IMG/VR virus record: IMGVR_UViG_3300046616_000188
Length of the DNA: 64,000 nt
From: a virus
Strand: one strand, 5' to 3'
The notes under the pieces were generated by a model. It searched no databases. It was given only the letters and a program-made list of their open reading frames with translations, and was not told where the DNA came from. Shown piece by piece: positions 45,511 through 54,011 of the stretch (positions are counted from its first letter, which is position 1; every line of letters begins with the position of its first letter). Made by a program: the position numbers and the translations under genes.

Positions 45511-45728
45511 AACCACCTTATTTTGAAATTGAAAATTGTAAGTGCGAAGCCTATGTCCAAGAAATTGCAATTTGTTTTTTCTGGCGCAGATGGTACTGGA
45601 AGGCTAAGTTTTATTACGAAGGTGAATGCACTCCGTATGACATTTTCGATGGAACGGAAATGACTGAGGCAGAAGCCCTTGCCGCGATCCACGATAAATA
45701 TTCGGAGTTGTTTCCCGCAGATGACTAA
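45507..45728 (+). CDS. Hypothetical protein
   Basis: GTGA overlap. Confidence 0.6.
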   Translation: MKPPYFEIENCKCEAYVQEIAICFFWRRWYWKAKFYYEGECTPYDIFDGTEMTEAEALAAIHDKYSELFPADD

Positions 45729-45951
45729 GCCCGTAGTAGTTTACCAAGCCGGTGATGAGAAATATAGTATTCAAGTCGCCCTGAGCCGCCGTGACGGCAA
45801 GACATTCATCAGAGAATTTAAGCGCCATACCAGATTTGGCTCTAAGTGGGACGGCTGGCGTGAGACTTCCTTTCCCGAAGTCATTGCAATCGGTTTTTCC
45901 GAATTTAAACGAGTAGATAAGGAAGTGAAAATTGTATTACCTTCTTCCTAG
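45721..45951 (+). CDS. Hypothetical protein
   Basis: Start trimmed to MTKPVV. Confidence 0.6.
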   Translation: MTKPVVVYQAGDEKYSIQVALSRRDGKTFIREFKRHTRFGSKWDGWRETSFPEVIAIGFSEFKRVDKEVKIVLPSS

Positions 45952-46207
45952 CCTCGCAGTTAATGGTTTATTTTTAATTTTCCTGATCGCAATAGCGGCC
46001 CGCAAGATGGGCAGCACACCATTGAACAAGGTGAGACACAAAGTTCGTGGCACAACATATGAAATTATCGGTTTCGCCACGGTCCAGACCGCAGATTCTT
46101 TAAAAGATGATGACAGGGTTTTTGTTTATCGCGACGTTGACGATGACGAGATGTATGTCAGACTGGACCGAGAATTTGCCGATGGAAGATTTGAAAAGGT
46201 AGATTGA
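45932..46207 (+). CDS. DUF1653-like SH3-fold protein with N-terminal TM
   Basis: RHK..G..YEII..A...VYR...MYVR...EF.DGRF. Confidence 0.65.
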   Translation: MYYLLPSLAVNGLFLIFLIAIAARKMGSTPLNKVRHKVRGTTYEIIGFATVQTADSLKDDDRVFVYRDVDDDEMYVRLDREFADGRFEKVD

Positions 46208-46701
46208 TGCCAAGTGTTACAAAAACTGGAATTTTAGTCAAAGCCGCTTTATCCGGCCAACGTGATAAAATGGGTGTCTCTAAACATGCTCATTGTGTCA
46301 GGGTTTACCACAACGCATTAAGACTTATTAAAGATTATAACATCACGGATGAAAAGATTATCGGTGACATCAAGCTTGTCGCATTGCTCCACGACATTCT
46401 TGAGGATAGCGATCTTACATCGAATGATCTTCATGTCTTCGGATATAGCAACGCTGTAATTGATGCGGTAGAGCTTGTTACGCATGAAACCGCTAAACAG
46501 ACTTATCCTCTGTATATCGATGATCTATGTGCCGCTGGCAATGTCGTTGCCCTTATTGCTAAACTGGCTGACAATCTAGATAATACGTCTGAGGAAAGAA
46601 GCGCTATGCTGCAACAACGATTTAGGGATTATCTTAACCGGAAGTATGCCGGGGTGAGACAGAAACTAGAAGCCGCGATTGAGAAAGCTTTAGATGTCTA
46701 A
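46204..46701 (+). CDS. SpoT/Mesh1-like HD hydrolase (small alarmone hydrolase-like)
   Basis: H..RV, ALLHDILED, AVELVTH, KLADNLDN. Confidence 0.8.
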   Translation: MMPSVTKTGILVKAALSGQRDKMGVSKHAHCVRVYHNALRLIKDYNITDEKIIGDIKLVALLHDILEDSDLTSNDLHVFGYSNAVIDAVELVTHETAKQTYPLYIDDLCAAGNVVALIAKLADNLDNTSEERSAMLQQRFRDYLNRKYAGVRQKLEAAIEKALDV

Positions 46702-46891
46702 GGAAATTTCAAAAGAACTGGTAGAATATTTTCTGAGCCACGGTCCACTCAGCCCTTCTACCATACTTAAAATTTTTACTGATTTAAAATTTAATAAGAA
46801 ATTCGTTCAAACCTGTTTGCACATGGGACTTGATGCTGGTTACTGGCACTTAGACGAAAATATGCACCTAAAATTAGGTCCTTACGATTGA
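46694..46891 (+). CDS. Small winged-helix-like protein
   Basis: Helical N-terminus, W.LD..M.L.L hairpin. Confidence 0.45.
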   Translation: MSKEISKELVEYFLSHGPLSPSTILKIFTDLKFNKKFVQTCLHMGLDAGYWHLDENMHLKLGPYD

Positions 46892-46906
46892 AAAAAGGAA
46901 ATAAAA

Positions 46907-47116
46907 ATGAACACTAATTCAAATAATAGTTCTACCAGATCAGGTGGAATAGGCTTTTTTGGCCTTCTCACTCTCCTATTCATCGCCCTTAAACTAACCG
47001 GTTCCATTACTTGGTCTTGGTTTTGGGTCCTGTCACCGCTATTTTTTGGCTTCGGCCTAGTTGCTGTGATTTTCGTGGTCGCATTTATTGCAGCGCTTGT
47101 CATAGTGAGCCGATAA
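46907..47116 (+). CDS. Small phage membrane protein
   Basis: GGIGFFGLL..LFI.LKLTG.I.WSW.WVLSP. Confidence 0.75.
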   Translation: MNTNSNNSSTRSGGIGFFGLLTLLFIALKLTGSITWSWFWVLSPLFFGFGLVAVIFVVAFIAALVIVSR

Positions 47117-47445
47117 TGGACGTTAAAACACTGAGAGCTGAATGGGTCGCGGCGCTCCGATCCGGTGAGTATCATCAAGGAATTGGCGCGCTCTATAACC
47201 CTGAAACTGGCGGACATTGCTGCCTCGGCGTTGCGGGCAGGGTGATTGGAAAAAATGAAGTAAACCTTGTCATGGGTTCCGGTGAGTCCTACGCAGATAT
47301 TGCTAAGGCCTATGGCCTACGTAACGAATTGGGCCGTTATAATGAGGGCGAAGCGCTTTATATTCATAATGATGTTTACGGCTTGACTTTTTCGCAAATA
47401 GCGGATATTATCGAATCAGAACCTGAAGGTTTGTTTATCGATTAA
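47116..47445 (+). CDS. Conserved phage hypothetical protein
   Basis: WVAALRSGEY.QG.GAL...CCLGV...ND...TF.QIAD.IE. Confidence 0.7.
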   Translation: MDVKTLRAEWVAALRSGEYHQGIGALYNPETGGHCCLGVAGRVIGKNEVNLVMGSGESYADIAKAYGLRNELGRYNEGEALYIHNDVYGLTFSQIADIIESEPEGLFID

Positions 47446-47457
47446 AAGGAGGCTGTC

Positions 47458-47685
47458 ATGATCGTTACCGCTCTTATCCTCTCTGCCAATATTCTTTTTG
47501 TCCACAACGGCGAAGTTAAGGTTGGTGAAGTGGTCAAAAGGTCCGGCTCCATCACTTATGTCAAGGATTGTGAAAATGAGTCCGCGATCTATAGAATGCC
47601 GGTCCCACGTGGTGAGATTGTTGGGGCGTATCGCGGCACTTGTGCCGACTTCCGAGAATTGAAGAGAGAGGTTGACCGAAGGTGA
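47458..47685 (+). CDS. Hypothetical exported protein
   Basis: GGAGG RBS; signal-like N-terminus. Confidence 0.6.
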   Translation: MIVTALILSANILFVHNGEVKVGEVVKRSGSITYVKDCENESAIYRMPVPRGEIVGAYRGTCADFRELKREVDRR

Positions 47686-47903
47686 GTATTGAATTTTGGA
47701 GCCTTTTTGGCTGGTGGGTCTTTGTTGGTTTTTGTGAATATATCACCCTAGTATTGTTTGCTTTCATCGGATTTCCCCTTGGAGAAAAGTATTTCGGCCT
47801 AGGCGGCGTCATCGTAGCCGGTAATATTATTTATGTTTTATTGTTTGCCCTGCCAATTGCTTGGCTAATTTATGGCGGATATTTAATTGGTACTCAATTT
47901 TAA
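47682..47903 (+). CDS. Small membrane protein
   Basis: Two TM segments. Confidence 0.6.
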   Translation: MSIEFWSLFGWWVFVGFCEYITLVLFAFIGFPLGEKYFGLGGVIVAGNIIYVLLFALPIAWLIYGGYLIGTQF

Positions 47904-48072
47904 CCTGAGACTAAGGCTTCGCATCTTTGTCAGCAAATGGGCGTACCCGTATTATGATTGTGAAGATTGCATAGGAATGATTCAACACGGCTGCTATTGT
48001 AACTATTACGCGGCTTATTCTCCCGGCCAAGGTCATATTCCTTGGTGGATCAAAATTCTAAGAAAGATTTAA
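47887..48072 (+). CDS. Cys-rich hypothetical protein
   Basis: CEDC...GCYC. Confidence 0.55.
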   Translation: MVLNFNLRLRLRIFVSKWAYPYYDCEDCIGMIQHGCYCNYYAAYSPGQGHIPWWIKILRKI

Positions 48073-48077
48073 AAGTT

Positions 48078-48305
48078 ATGGAAATTATAATTGTTGACGC
48101 AGATGATTGGCAAGGCCTATACATCAACGGCGTCTTGACCTGTCAAGGCCATAGCATCACTGCGGCTGATGTCGCGGAAGAGATTATCGAGAGACTTCCT
48201 CGCCTCAATATGACATTTGACGTTAAAGAAGTAAATTCTAAGTGGATGGAAAACCGATCCGACTTGCCCACAGAACTTGAGAAGGTTAAATTTTTAAATG
48301 ATTGA
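48078..48305 (+). CDS. Hypothetical protein
   Basis: DDWQGLYING motif. Confidence 0.65.
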   Translation: MEIIIVDADDWQGLYINGVLTCQGHSITAADVAEEIIERLPRLNMTFDVKEVNSKWMENRSDLPTELEKVKFLND

Positions 48306-48645
48306 ACTTATTAATGAAATTGATCGACTAAGTTACGAACTTACCAAGGCGCAGCGAGAGCTAAACGCAAAGGCTAGGGAAGAAAATATTACCGGCGTGC
48401 TGGATAATGTAACGTTCCAACTCAGCAAGTATGACGCTCGTTATCCGAACCTAGCTGGTGCGATCCGTTACGACCGCAAGGGAAGATTTTACCCCGGCGA
48501 TCCAATCTCCACGAGCCGATTGAAGAGCGTTTATGTCAAGGATGGCAGAACGTATGCTCAAACAACATATTCACTTTATGAATTGATTGGCTTCGATCCT
48601 AGCGATATTCCAGAGGATTTTAAGTATGCCTTCGAAGACGTTTGA
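48298..48645 (+). CDS. Conserved phage hypothetical protein
   Basis: G.I.YD.KGRF..G..I.TS...T.YS.Y.L. Confidence 0.65.
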   Translation: MIELINEIDRLSYELTKAQRELNAKAREENITGVLDNVTFQLSKYDARYPNLAGAIRYDRKGRFYPGDPISTSRLKSVYVKDGRTYAQTTYSLYELIGFDPSDIPEDFKYAFEDV

Positions 48646-48916
48646 TAAGGAAGAATTAAGACTGGTGATTTGGGAAGATTCTGAATCACTCGAACTGATC
48701 GAAGACAATATTAGTGATACGGGTCGTTGGTCCGTACATCATGAAATGGTGTTTCGAGACACGGAAGATGGTAGATTTTATCGGACCCATTATTCAGTAG
48801 GTGCGACGGAGCAGCAAGACGAATACCCGTTCGAATATGACGGCGATGAAATCAGCTGTGTCGAGGTCGAGCCTGTAGAAGTTAAAGTTATTTCGTATGA
48901 GAAAGTAAAGGATTAA
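48626..48916 (+). CDS. Acidic conserved phage protein
   Basis: RWS.HH..VF...DG.FY...YS.GATE.QDE.PF. Confidence 0.7.
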   Translation: MPSKTFDKEELRLVIWEDSESLELIEDNISDTGRWSVHHEMVFRDTEDGRFYRTHYSVGATEQQDEYPFEYDGDEISCVEVEPVEVKVISYEKVKD

Positions 48917-49272
48917 AAATGTCTAAAATTAACGAAACCCGCACTGAGAAAATGAAGAAGAAGTCAACTGAAGAGCTTAAGGCAATTATTCAGAGCGGCA
49001 GTCTAAGTTCGGCTGCGGCTGAATATGAAATGCAACGTAGAATGAAGGGCGGGAAATAATTCCCTCACTGACACATTAAACAACTGAAAAGGAATTTGAA
49101 ATGTTTACACTGATTTTTGATCTTGCCATCCTCGCCGCACTCGGTTATGCTGGCTATACCGCTTATACCACCTATGTAGAACGCGGCAATTCTGTCTCCC
49201 CTCTCGATGAATACTTCGGGGCTTTCTGGAAGAAGCTTCTCCGTAAGTAATTAAATCGCTGATATTACTTAT

Positions 49273-49310
49273 AAAAGTCCTGTCAAGCCATTGTCAGGAC
49301 TTTTTATTTT
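49273..49310 (+). terminator. Intrinsic terminator
   Basis: AAAAGTCCTG/CAGGACTTTT stem plus T tract. Confidence 0.7.
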
Positions 49311-49332
49311 TTTAAAATGGATCACGAAAGTA

Positions 49333-49361
49333 TTGACTTTCTTGGTTTTTTGTGCCATATA
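49333..49361 (+). promoter_or_regulatory. Promoter of primase-helicase
   Basis: TTGACT-N17-CATATA. Confidence 0.55.
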
Positions 49362-49384
49362 ACAAGCATGTGAAAAAAGGCATA

Positions 49385-52300
49385 ATGATGAAGATTACTG
49401 AAGACGAGCTTGAAAGGCTTGTTGCTGGTTTATTTGGTGACGGTCTTACTCAAGGCAATATTGAATTCTTTAATGAAAAAGACGACGTTTTACAGACCCG
49501 CGATCTAGATGAAGTTATTGACTTCGATCCCACGCACATCAGCTTAGAAACGACAGATGGTGAGCTTGTAGGCTTTGGCCTTCCCGTAGATGAGGTTCCG
49601 GCCCACTATCCCGCGCCTTCGGCACAAGGCGGCGGCTTGAAGCTGTGGTTCTATGAAAGCCCGGTTGATTGCGACCTCCTGCCCCAATATGGAAATCCCA
49701 TTGTTGAAATTCCTTTGATTTCATATCAGATCAATGGGGATAATTTCTACGAGACGTTTGATTTTGACGAAGTGAGTGAAACATCAACTCTCGTGTCTAG
49801 AATCGACAGGACAAGGCCTGTAACCTTCGCCATGGCTCCGCAAGCCGCGATGAAAAAGGGCGGCTGGAAGAACGTCGAAGGTACGCTCGGTGACGTAATC
49901 GATATGCTTACGCTGCACCAAGAAGGCAAGAAGGATGGAGCTTGCTTTGTTCAGGGTGAATTAGCCGGTGCGGATCGTGCCGCTAAAGCCATGATCAAAA
50001 ATTATCTAATTGGCTTCGACCTAGATACTGGCGAAACTGCGGAAGAAATTGACGCGAGACTTGCCGAAACAGGACTGGCATATGTCAGATATACGACTCA
50101 TTCTCATATGAAAGATACGTCTGAAATAAAGCGTGATGCTTATTTTAGATGGAGTGAAAGAGACGCGTCTAAGAACGTAGATGTAAACCTCCTGAGAAAA
50201 TACTTGATCTCGGATCGTGGATTCATCCCTCGTGTCGTGGAAAAACTTGAAATTTTAGAAGATGCAAAAGTTTCTGAGGAAGGAACTATTACGCTTATCA
50301 GGCATCAACAAATGCCTAAGCATCGTATCATTTTCTTTCTCTCAGAACCTTTCGTGTTTCAGGGCCAAGCTAATCAGAACGTCGAGATTAAGGCGTGGAA
50401 AGAGCATTACCACGGCCTAGGCATTGAGCTAGGCTTCGTCTACGACCCTTCTTGTACCGATCCGGCCCGTTTGTTCTACCTCCCGCGCCACGCCAAGGAT
50501 GCGCCTTTTGAAACCCGTTTCGTAGACGGAGATTATGTTGATCTTCGAACCTACGCTCGTGCCGAAATCAAACGCAGAGATAAGGCTAAAGAAGGCAATC
50601 AATTTCAAGACGCGGGTAAATCTCTAGGTGCCACGAGTGAAGGCCTTTTCGTAAATGGTTACAATCTCAAGCGTTGGGTAGTGACCCGCGACTGTGAAAT
50701 TGTCGATCTCATCGAAGAGTTTTATCCAGATGCGATCAGAACGCCTCGTACCAATGGCCCCGGTTTCCATATCGAATGCCCATTCGAAGATGAGCATACC
50801 AAGGCTGGCGGCTTAGGCACTTATGCCATCAATGCATCTGACGGGGATAAAGGATTCCACGTTCATTGTACTCACAATTCTTGCCATGGTCGTAATAAAT
50901 TAGAATATGTCCAGAGAATGGTTGAACTGGAATGGTTCACCGTTGATGATATTCAGGACGAACGCTTCTGCCCAAGTCTTATCAAAGAAGATGAGGATGA
51001 AGATGAAGCCCCGGCTGAAAAGAAGTACGAAAAATTTGACATTAATGAATTGATTGACTCTTTGTCACAGAAAAGTGATAAGGATGATGTAATTGATGCT
51101 GTCAGAAAGATCGGTAAGACCGAAAATTTAGATGAAGATGATTTTGAAGCTTATGTCGCGAGAATAGCTCGAAAGACAAAGGTTCCGAAGAAAATTCTCA
51201 TGAAAAACGCTCCATCTAAATTTGAAGGAAGTGCGGAAGACAAAAATAAAAAACTTGACGAACTGGATAAAAGACTGCATAAATATAACGAAAGATACGC
51301 AATGGTGGATACTGGTTCAAAAGTAGTTATAATGGATTCTCATAAAAAAGATATGACATTTACAGGCCGTGACGACTGGAGAGCCTTGAAAGCCAATGAG
51401 AAGGTCTTGGTTCATGAAGGTAACGGCGAACCTAAGTTGGAACAAGTCTCCAAACTTTGGCTCGAATGGGAGCAGCGCCGCACCTACGAAGGCGTAACAT
51501 TTGACCCTCGCCCAACACCCGATCCGACAAAGTTTAATCTTTTCAATGGCTTCCATACCATTCCGAGAAAAGGCAATTGGGACAAACTTAAGCAGCACAT
51601 CTTCGAAGTCATGTGCCACAATAATGAAGAGCACTATTTGTGGATCATTACATGGCTGGCTCATATCGTGCAATTTCCTTGGGAAAAGAAGGGCTCAGCC
51701 ATTGTTGTTCGCGGCCTAAAAGGCGTCGGCAAGTCCATTGTTTTCACCATCTTCCAAGACATTATGGGCAAGTATGGTATGAGTTCGGCCAACGCATCTC
51801 ACATCACTGGCCAATTTAACTGGCACTTCAGAGACAAGCTTTTCATGATCGCTGAAGAAGGTTTGTTCGCCGGTAATTCCAGAGAAGATTCCATCCTAAA
51901 AGAACTGATCACCGGCTCATCACTGCTTATGGAACCTAAAGGCATTGATGCGTTCCAGATGGAAAACTACCTCAGAATCGTTATTATTTCTAACGAAGAA
52001 TGGGTCGTTAACGCTTCATCGGATGAGCGTCGTTACTTCGTAACGGAAGCCTCTTCCAAATATAAAGACAATATCGCTTATTTCAAGTCGATCATTGAGC
52101 AGATGGAAAGTGGCGGTAAAGAAGCGATGATGTACGATCTACTTCATTTCGAGCCTACGGCGGCTGAAGGTTGGGACATTCTGAGACGCCCTCCTAAGAC
52201 CGAAGCTTTGAGCCAGCAAGTCACTCAGTCAACTCCTGTGTGGGAAAAGTTCTTCATCAATCTCATTGAAAATATGGGCGTGGATGAAGCTGCGGGCGAC

Positions 52301-52582
52301 CTTGATAAGGTTGAACTGGATTACGGCGTAGAAAATTGGATCGATCCTAAAGTCTTGAGGCAGCATTATTATAACAGCCTGAAGACTTCTACTTCTAGAT
52401 ACAAGGCTGATCCCAAGACGTTCCAGAAACTGGCAGATACTTACTTGATGGCGAAATGGGTGAAAAGGAAGAGACAAGGCGGCGAGTTGTGGATGAAAGT
52501 ACCGCCGTTGGAAGATATTATAGACAACGTTAGAAATAAACTTAAAATTAAACTCGATATGATTAACATTACGGAAGAATAA
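49385..52582 (+). CDS. Primase-polymerase (AEP-like) fused to SF3/D5-like helicase
   Basis: DLD, YTTHSH, HRI, DPSCTDPARLFYLP; CPF..H...HC.H.SC Zn site; GLKGVGKS Walker A, FMIAEE Walker B. Confidence 0.85.
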   Translation: MMKITEDELERLVAGLFGDGLTQGNIEFFNEKDDVLQTRDLDEVIDFDPTHISLETTDGELVGFGLPVDEVPAHYPAPSAQGGGLKLWFYESPVDCDLLPQYGNPIVEIPLISYQINGDNFYETFDFDEVSETSTLVSRIDRTRPVTFAMAPQAAMKKGGWKNVEGTLGDVIDMLTLHQEGKKDGACFVQGELAGADRAAKAMIKNYLIGFDLDTGETAEEIDARLAETGLAYVRYTTHSHMKDTSEIKRDAYFRWSERDASKNVDVNLLRKYLISDRGFIPRVVEKLEILEDAKVSEEGTITLIRHQQMPKHRIIFFLSEPFVFQGQANQNVEIKAWKEHYHGLGIELGFVYDPSCTDPARLFYLPRHAKDAPFETRFVDGDYVDLRTYARAEIKRRDKAKEGNQFQDAGKSLGATSEGLFVNGYNLKRWVVTRDCEIVDLIEEFYPDAIRTPRTNGPGFHIECPFEDEHTKAGGLGTYAINASDGDKGFHVHCTHNSCHGRNKLEYVQRMVELEWFTVDDIQDERFCPSLIKEDEDEDEAPAEKKYEKFDINELIDSLSQKSDKDDVIDAVRKIGKTENLDEDDFEAYVARIARKTKVPKKILMKNAPSKFEGSAEDKNKKLDELDKRLHKYNERYAMVDTGSKVVIMDSHKKDMTFTGRDDWRALKANEKVLVHEGNGEPKLEQVSKLWLEWEQRRTYEGVTFDPRPTPDPTKFNLFNGFHTIPRKGNWDKLKQHIFEVMCHNNEEHYLWIITWLAHIVQFPWEKKGSAIVVRGLKGVGKSIVFTIFQDIMGKYGMSSANASHITGQFNWHFRDKLFMIAEEGLFAGNSREDSILKELITGSSLLMEPKGIDAFQMENYLRIVIISNEEWVVNASSDERRYFVTEASSKYKDNIAYFKSIIEQMESGGKEAMMYDLLHFEPTAAEGWDILRRPPKTEALSQQVTQSTPVWEKFFINLIENMGVDEAAGDLDKVELDYGVENWIDPKVLRQHYYNSLKTSTSRYKADPKTFQKLADTYLMAKWVKRKRQGGELWMKVPPLEDIIDNVRNKLKIKLDMINITEE

Positions 52583-52587
52583 TAGAA

Positions 52588-52839
52588 ATGCGCAGCGATT
52601 TATTTAAGCAATACATTATTGAAAATCTTGACGACATGGCGGAAGCCCTTGAAGCTTATGAAGTTGACGAATTTTATGTATCAATCGACCATGACAGGGA
52701 AGAGGGTTACAGGGCTTACTTTTTCCTAAACTCGGACGGCGAACAGCTTGCCGAGACAGAAGGTTGGGGCAAAGACAAGGCTCAACTAGTTAATGACATT
52801 ATTTCTGTATTCGGTGAAGACGTAGATATTGTGCTTTAA
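52588..52839 (+). CDS. Acidic protein, possible paralog of 25982-26248
   Basis: NLDDMAEAL...VSID...K.QLVND. Confidence 0.6.
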   Translation: MRSDLFKQYIIENLDDMAEALEAYEVDEFYVSIDHDREEGYRAYFFLNSDGEQLAETEGWGKDKAQLVNDIISVFGEDVDIVL

Positions 52840-52851
52840 ATTTTGTACAAT

Positions 52852-52891
52852 GAAGATTCCACTTGACAAAAGTGGAATCTTCTGTTACAAG
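52852..52891 (+). promoter_or_regulatory. Promoter of NAD salvage operon inside a 13-bp inverted repeat
   Basis: GAAGATTCCACTT-gacaa-AAGTGGAATCTTC; TTGACA-N17-TACAAG with TG extension. Confidence 0.7.
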
Positions 52892-52928
52892 ACACGTGTA
52901 AATGAAAGGGCAAGCGAAGGAGTTTCTA

Positions 52929-53993
52929 ATGCCGGATATTAAGTATGACTACGGCTGTTTTATTGGCCGATTTGCCCCTGTCCACGATGGCCATGTCAAA
53001 GTGATGATGGAGGCGTTAGAACAATGCGATTATCTTATCGTTGTTGTTGGTTCCGACAATTTGGCTCGGAACACTCGAACCCCCTTTACAGCCCCTGAAC
53101 GTCAGCAAATGATTCGTTTAGCCACGAATTATGATGATAGGATTCTGCTAACTAGTGTTGGTGATTATCCTTATAATGACAGTCTATGGCTCGCGGATGT
53201 TCAGGGCGCAGTTTATTCCACAATCACTGGTCATGAAGCTAACGCGAAATATACTGACAAGGGTTGGAAAGATTACAATCATTCCATTGCTCTTGCCGGA
53301 ATGTCGAAAGATGAGTCAAGTTTCTATTTGAAGCTTTTCCCGCAATTCGCATCTATCGCTGTCAGCCCCGCCGACTATGCCGGTGAAGTTCTGAGCGCAA
53401 CGGCGATTCGTGAGTTCCTGTTTAACGGAGATATTGCGAGTGCTGCTCATTTAAATCCTAGAGTCCAAGCCTTTATTCAAGGCAACATGACCGCAAATAT
53501 AACTGTTTGGGACGGACTACGTTCTGATTGGGCATATGAAAAGGGTTATGAGGCTCAATGGGGTCGTGGACCACATACCACGGTTGATTCTTGCGTAATT
53601 CAGGCTGGCCACGTGCTTCTGATCAAACGCGGAAACGAATACGGTAGAGATTTGTGGGCCATGCCGGGAGGTTTCGTGAATCGTGAAAGACTCGTTCACG
53701 CCGCAGTTAGAGAGTTGCGCGAAGAGACTAGGCTGAAAGTTCCTGAAAAGGTCCTGTTTGGCTCAGTGACAGCGACTAAGGTTTATGATAACCCTTACCG
53801 CAGCAACCGCAGCCACATCATTTCTCATTGCTTCAAATTTGAGTTAGAGAACGTTAAAGCTGGTTTGCCAGAAGTTAAAGGCTCTGACGACGCGAAGCAT
53901 GCGGAGTGGATTCCTATTTCAAAGATTAGCTCAATGAAAGGGCAATTCTTCGAAGATCATGAGCAAATTTTGCTTGATATAATACACGCATAA
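52929..53993 (+). CDS. nadM: Bifunctional NMN adenylyltransferase / Nudix hydrolase (NadM-Nudix)
   Basis: GRFAPVHDGH; PF...ER; SATAIRE; Nudix GGF......AA.RELREET. Confidence 0.92.
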   Translation: MPDIKYDYGCFIGRFAPVHDGHVKVMMEALEQCDYLIVVVGSDNLARNTRTPFTAPERQQMIRLATNYDDRILLTSVGDYPYNDSLWLADVQGAVYSTITGHEANAKYTDKGWKDYNHSIALAGMSKDESSFYLKLFPQFASIAVSPADYAGEVLSATAIREFLFNGDIASAAHLNPRVQAFIQGNMTANITVWDGLRSDWAYEKGYEAQWGRGPHTTVDSCVIQAGHVLLIKRGNEYGRDLWAMPGGFVNRERLVHAAVRELREETRLKVPEKVLFGSVTATKVYDNPYRSNRSHIISHCFKFELENVKAGLPEVKGSDDAKHAEWIPISKISSMKGQFFEDHEQILLDIIHA

Positions 53994-54011
53994 AGAGAAG
54001 GAGTTTCGAAT

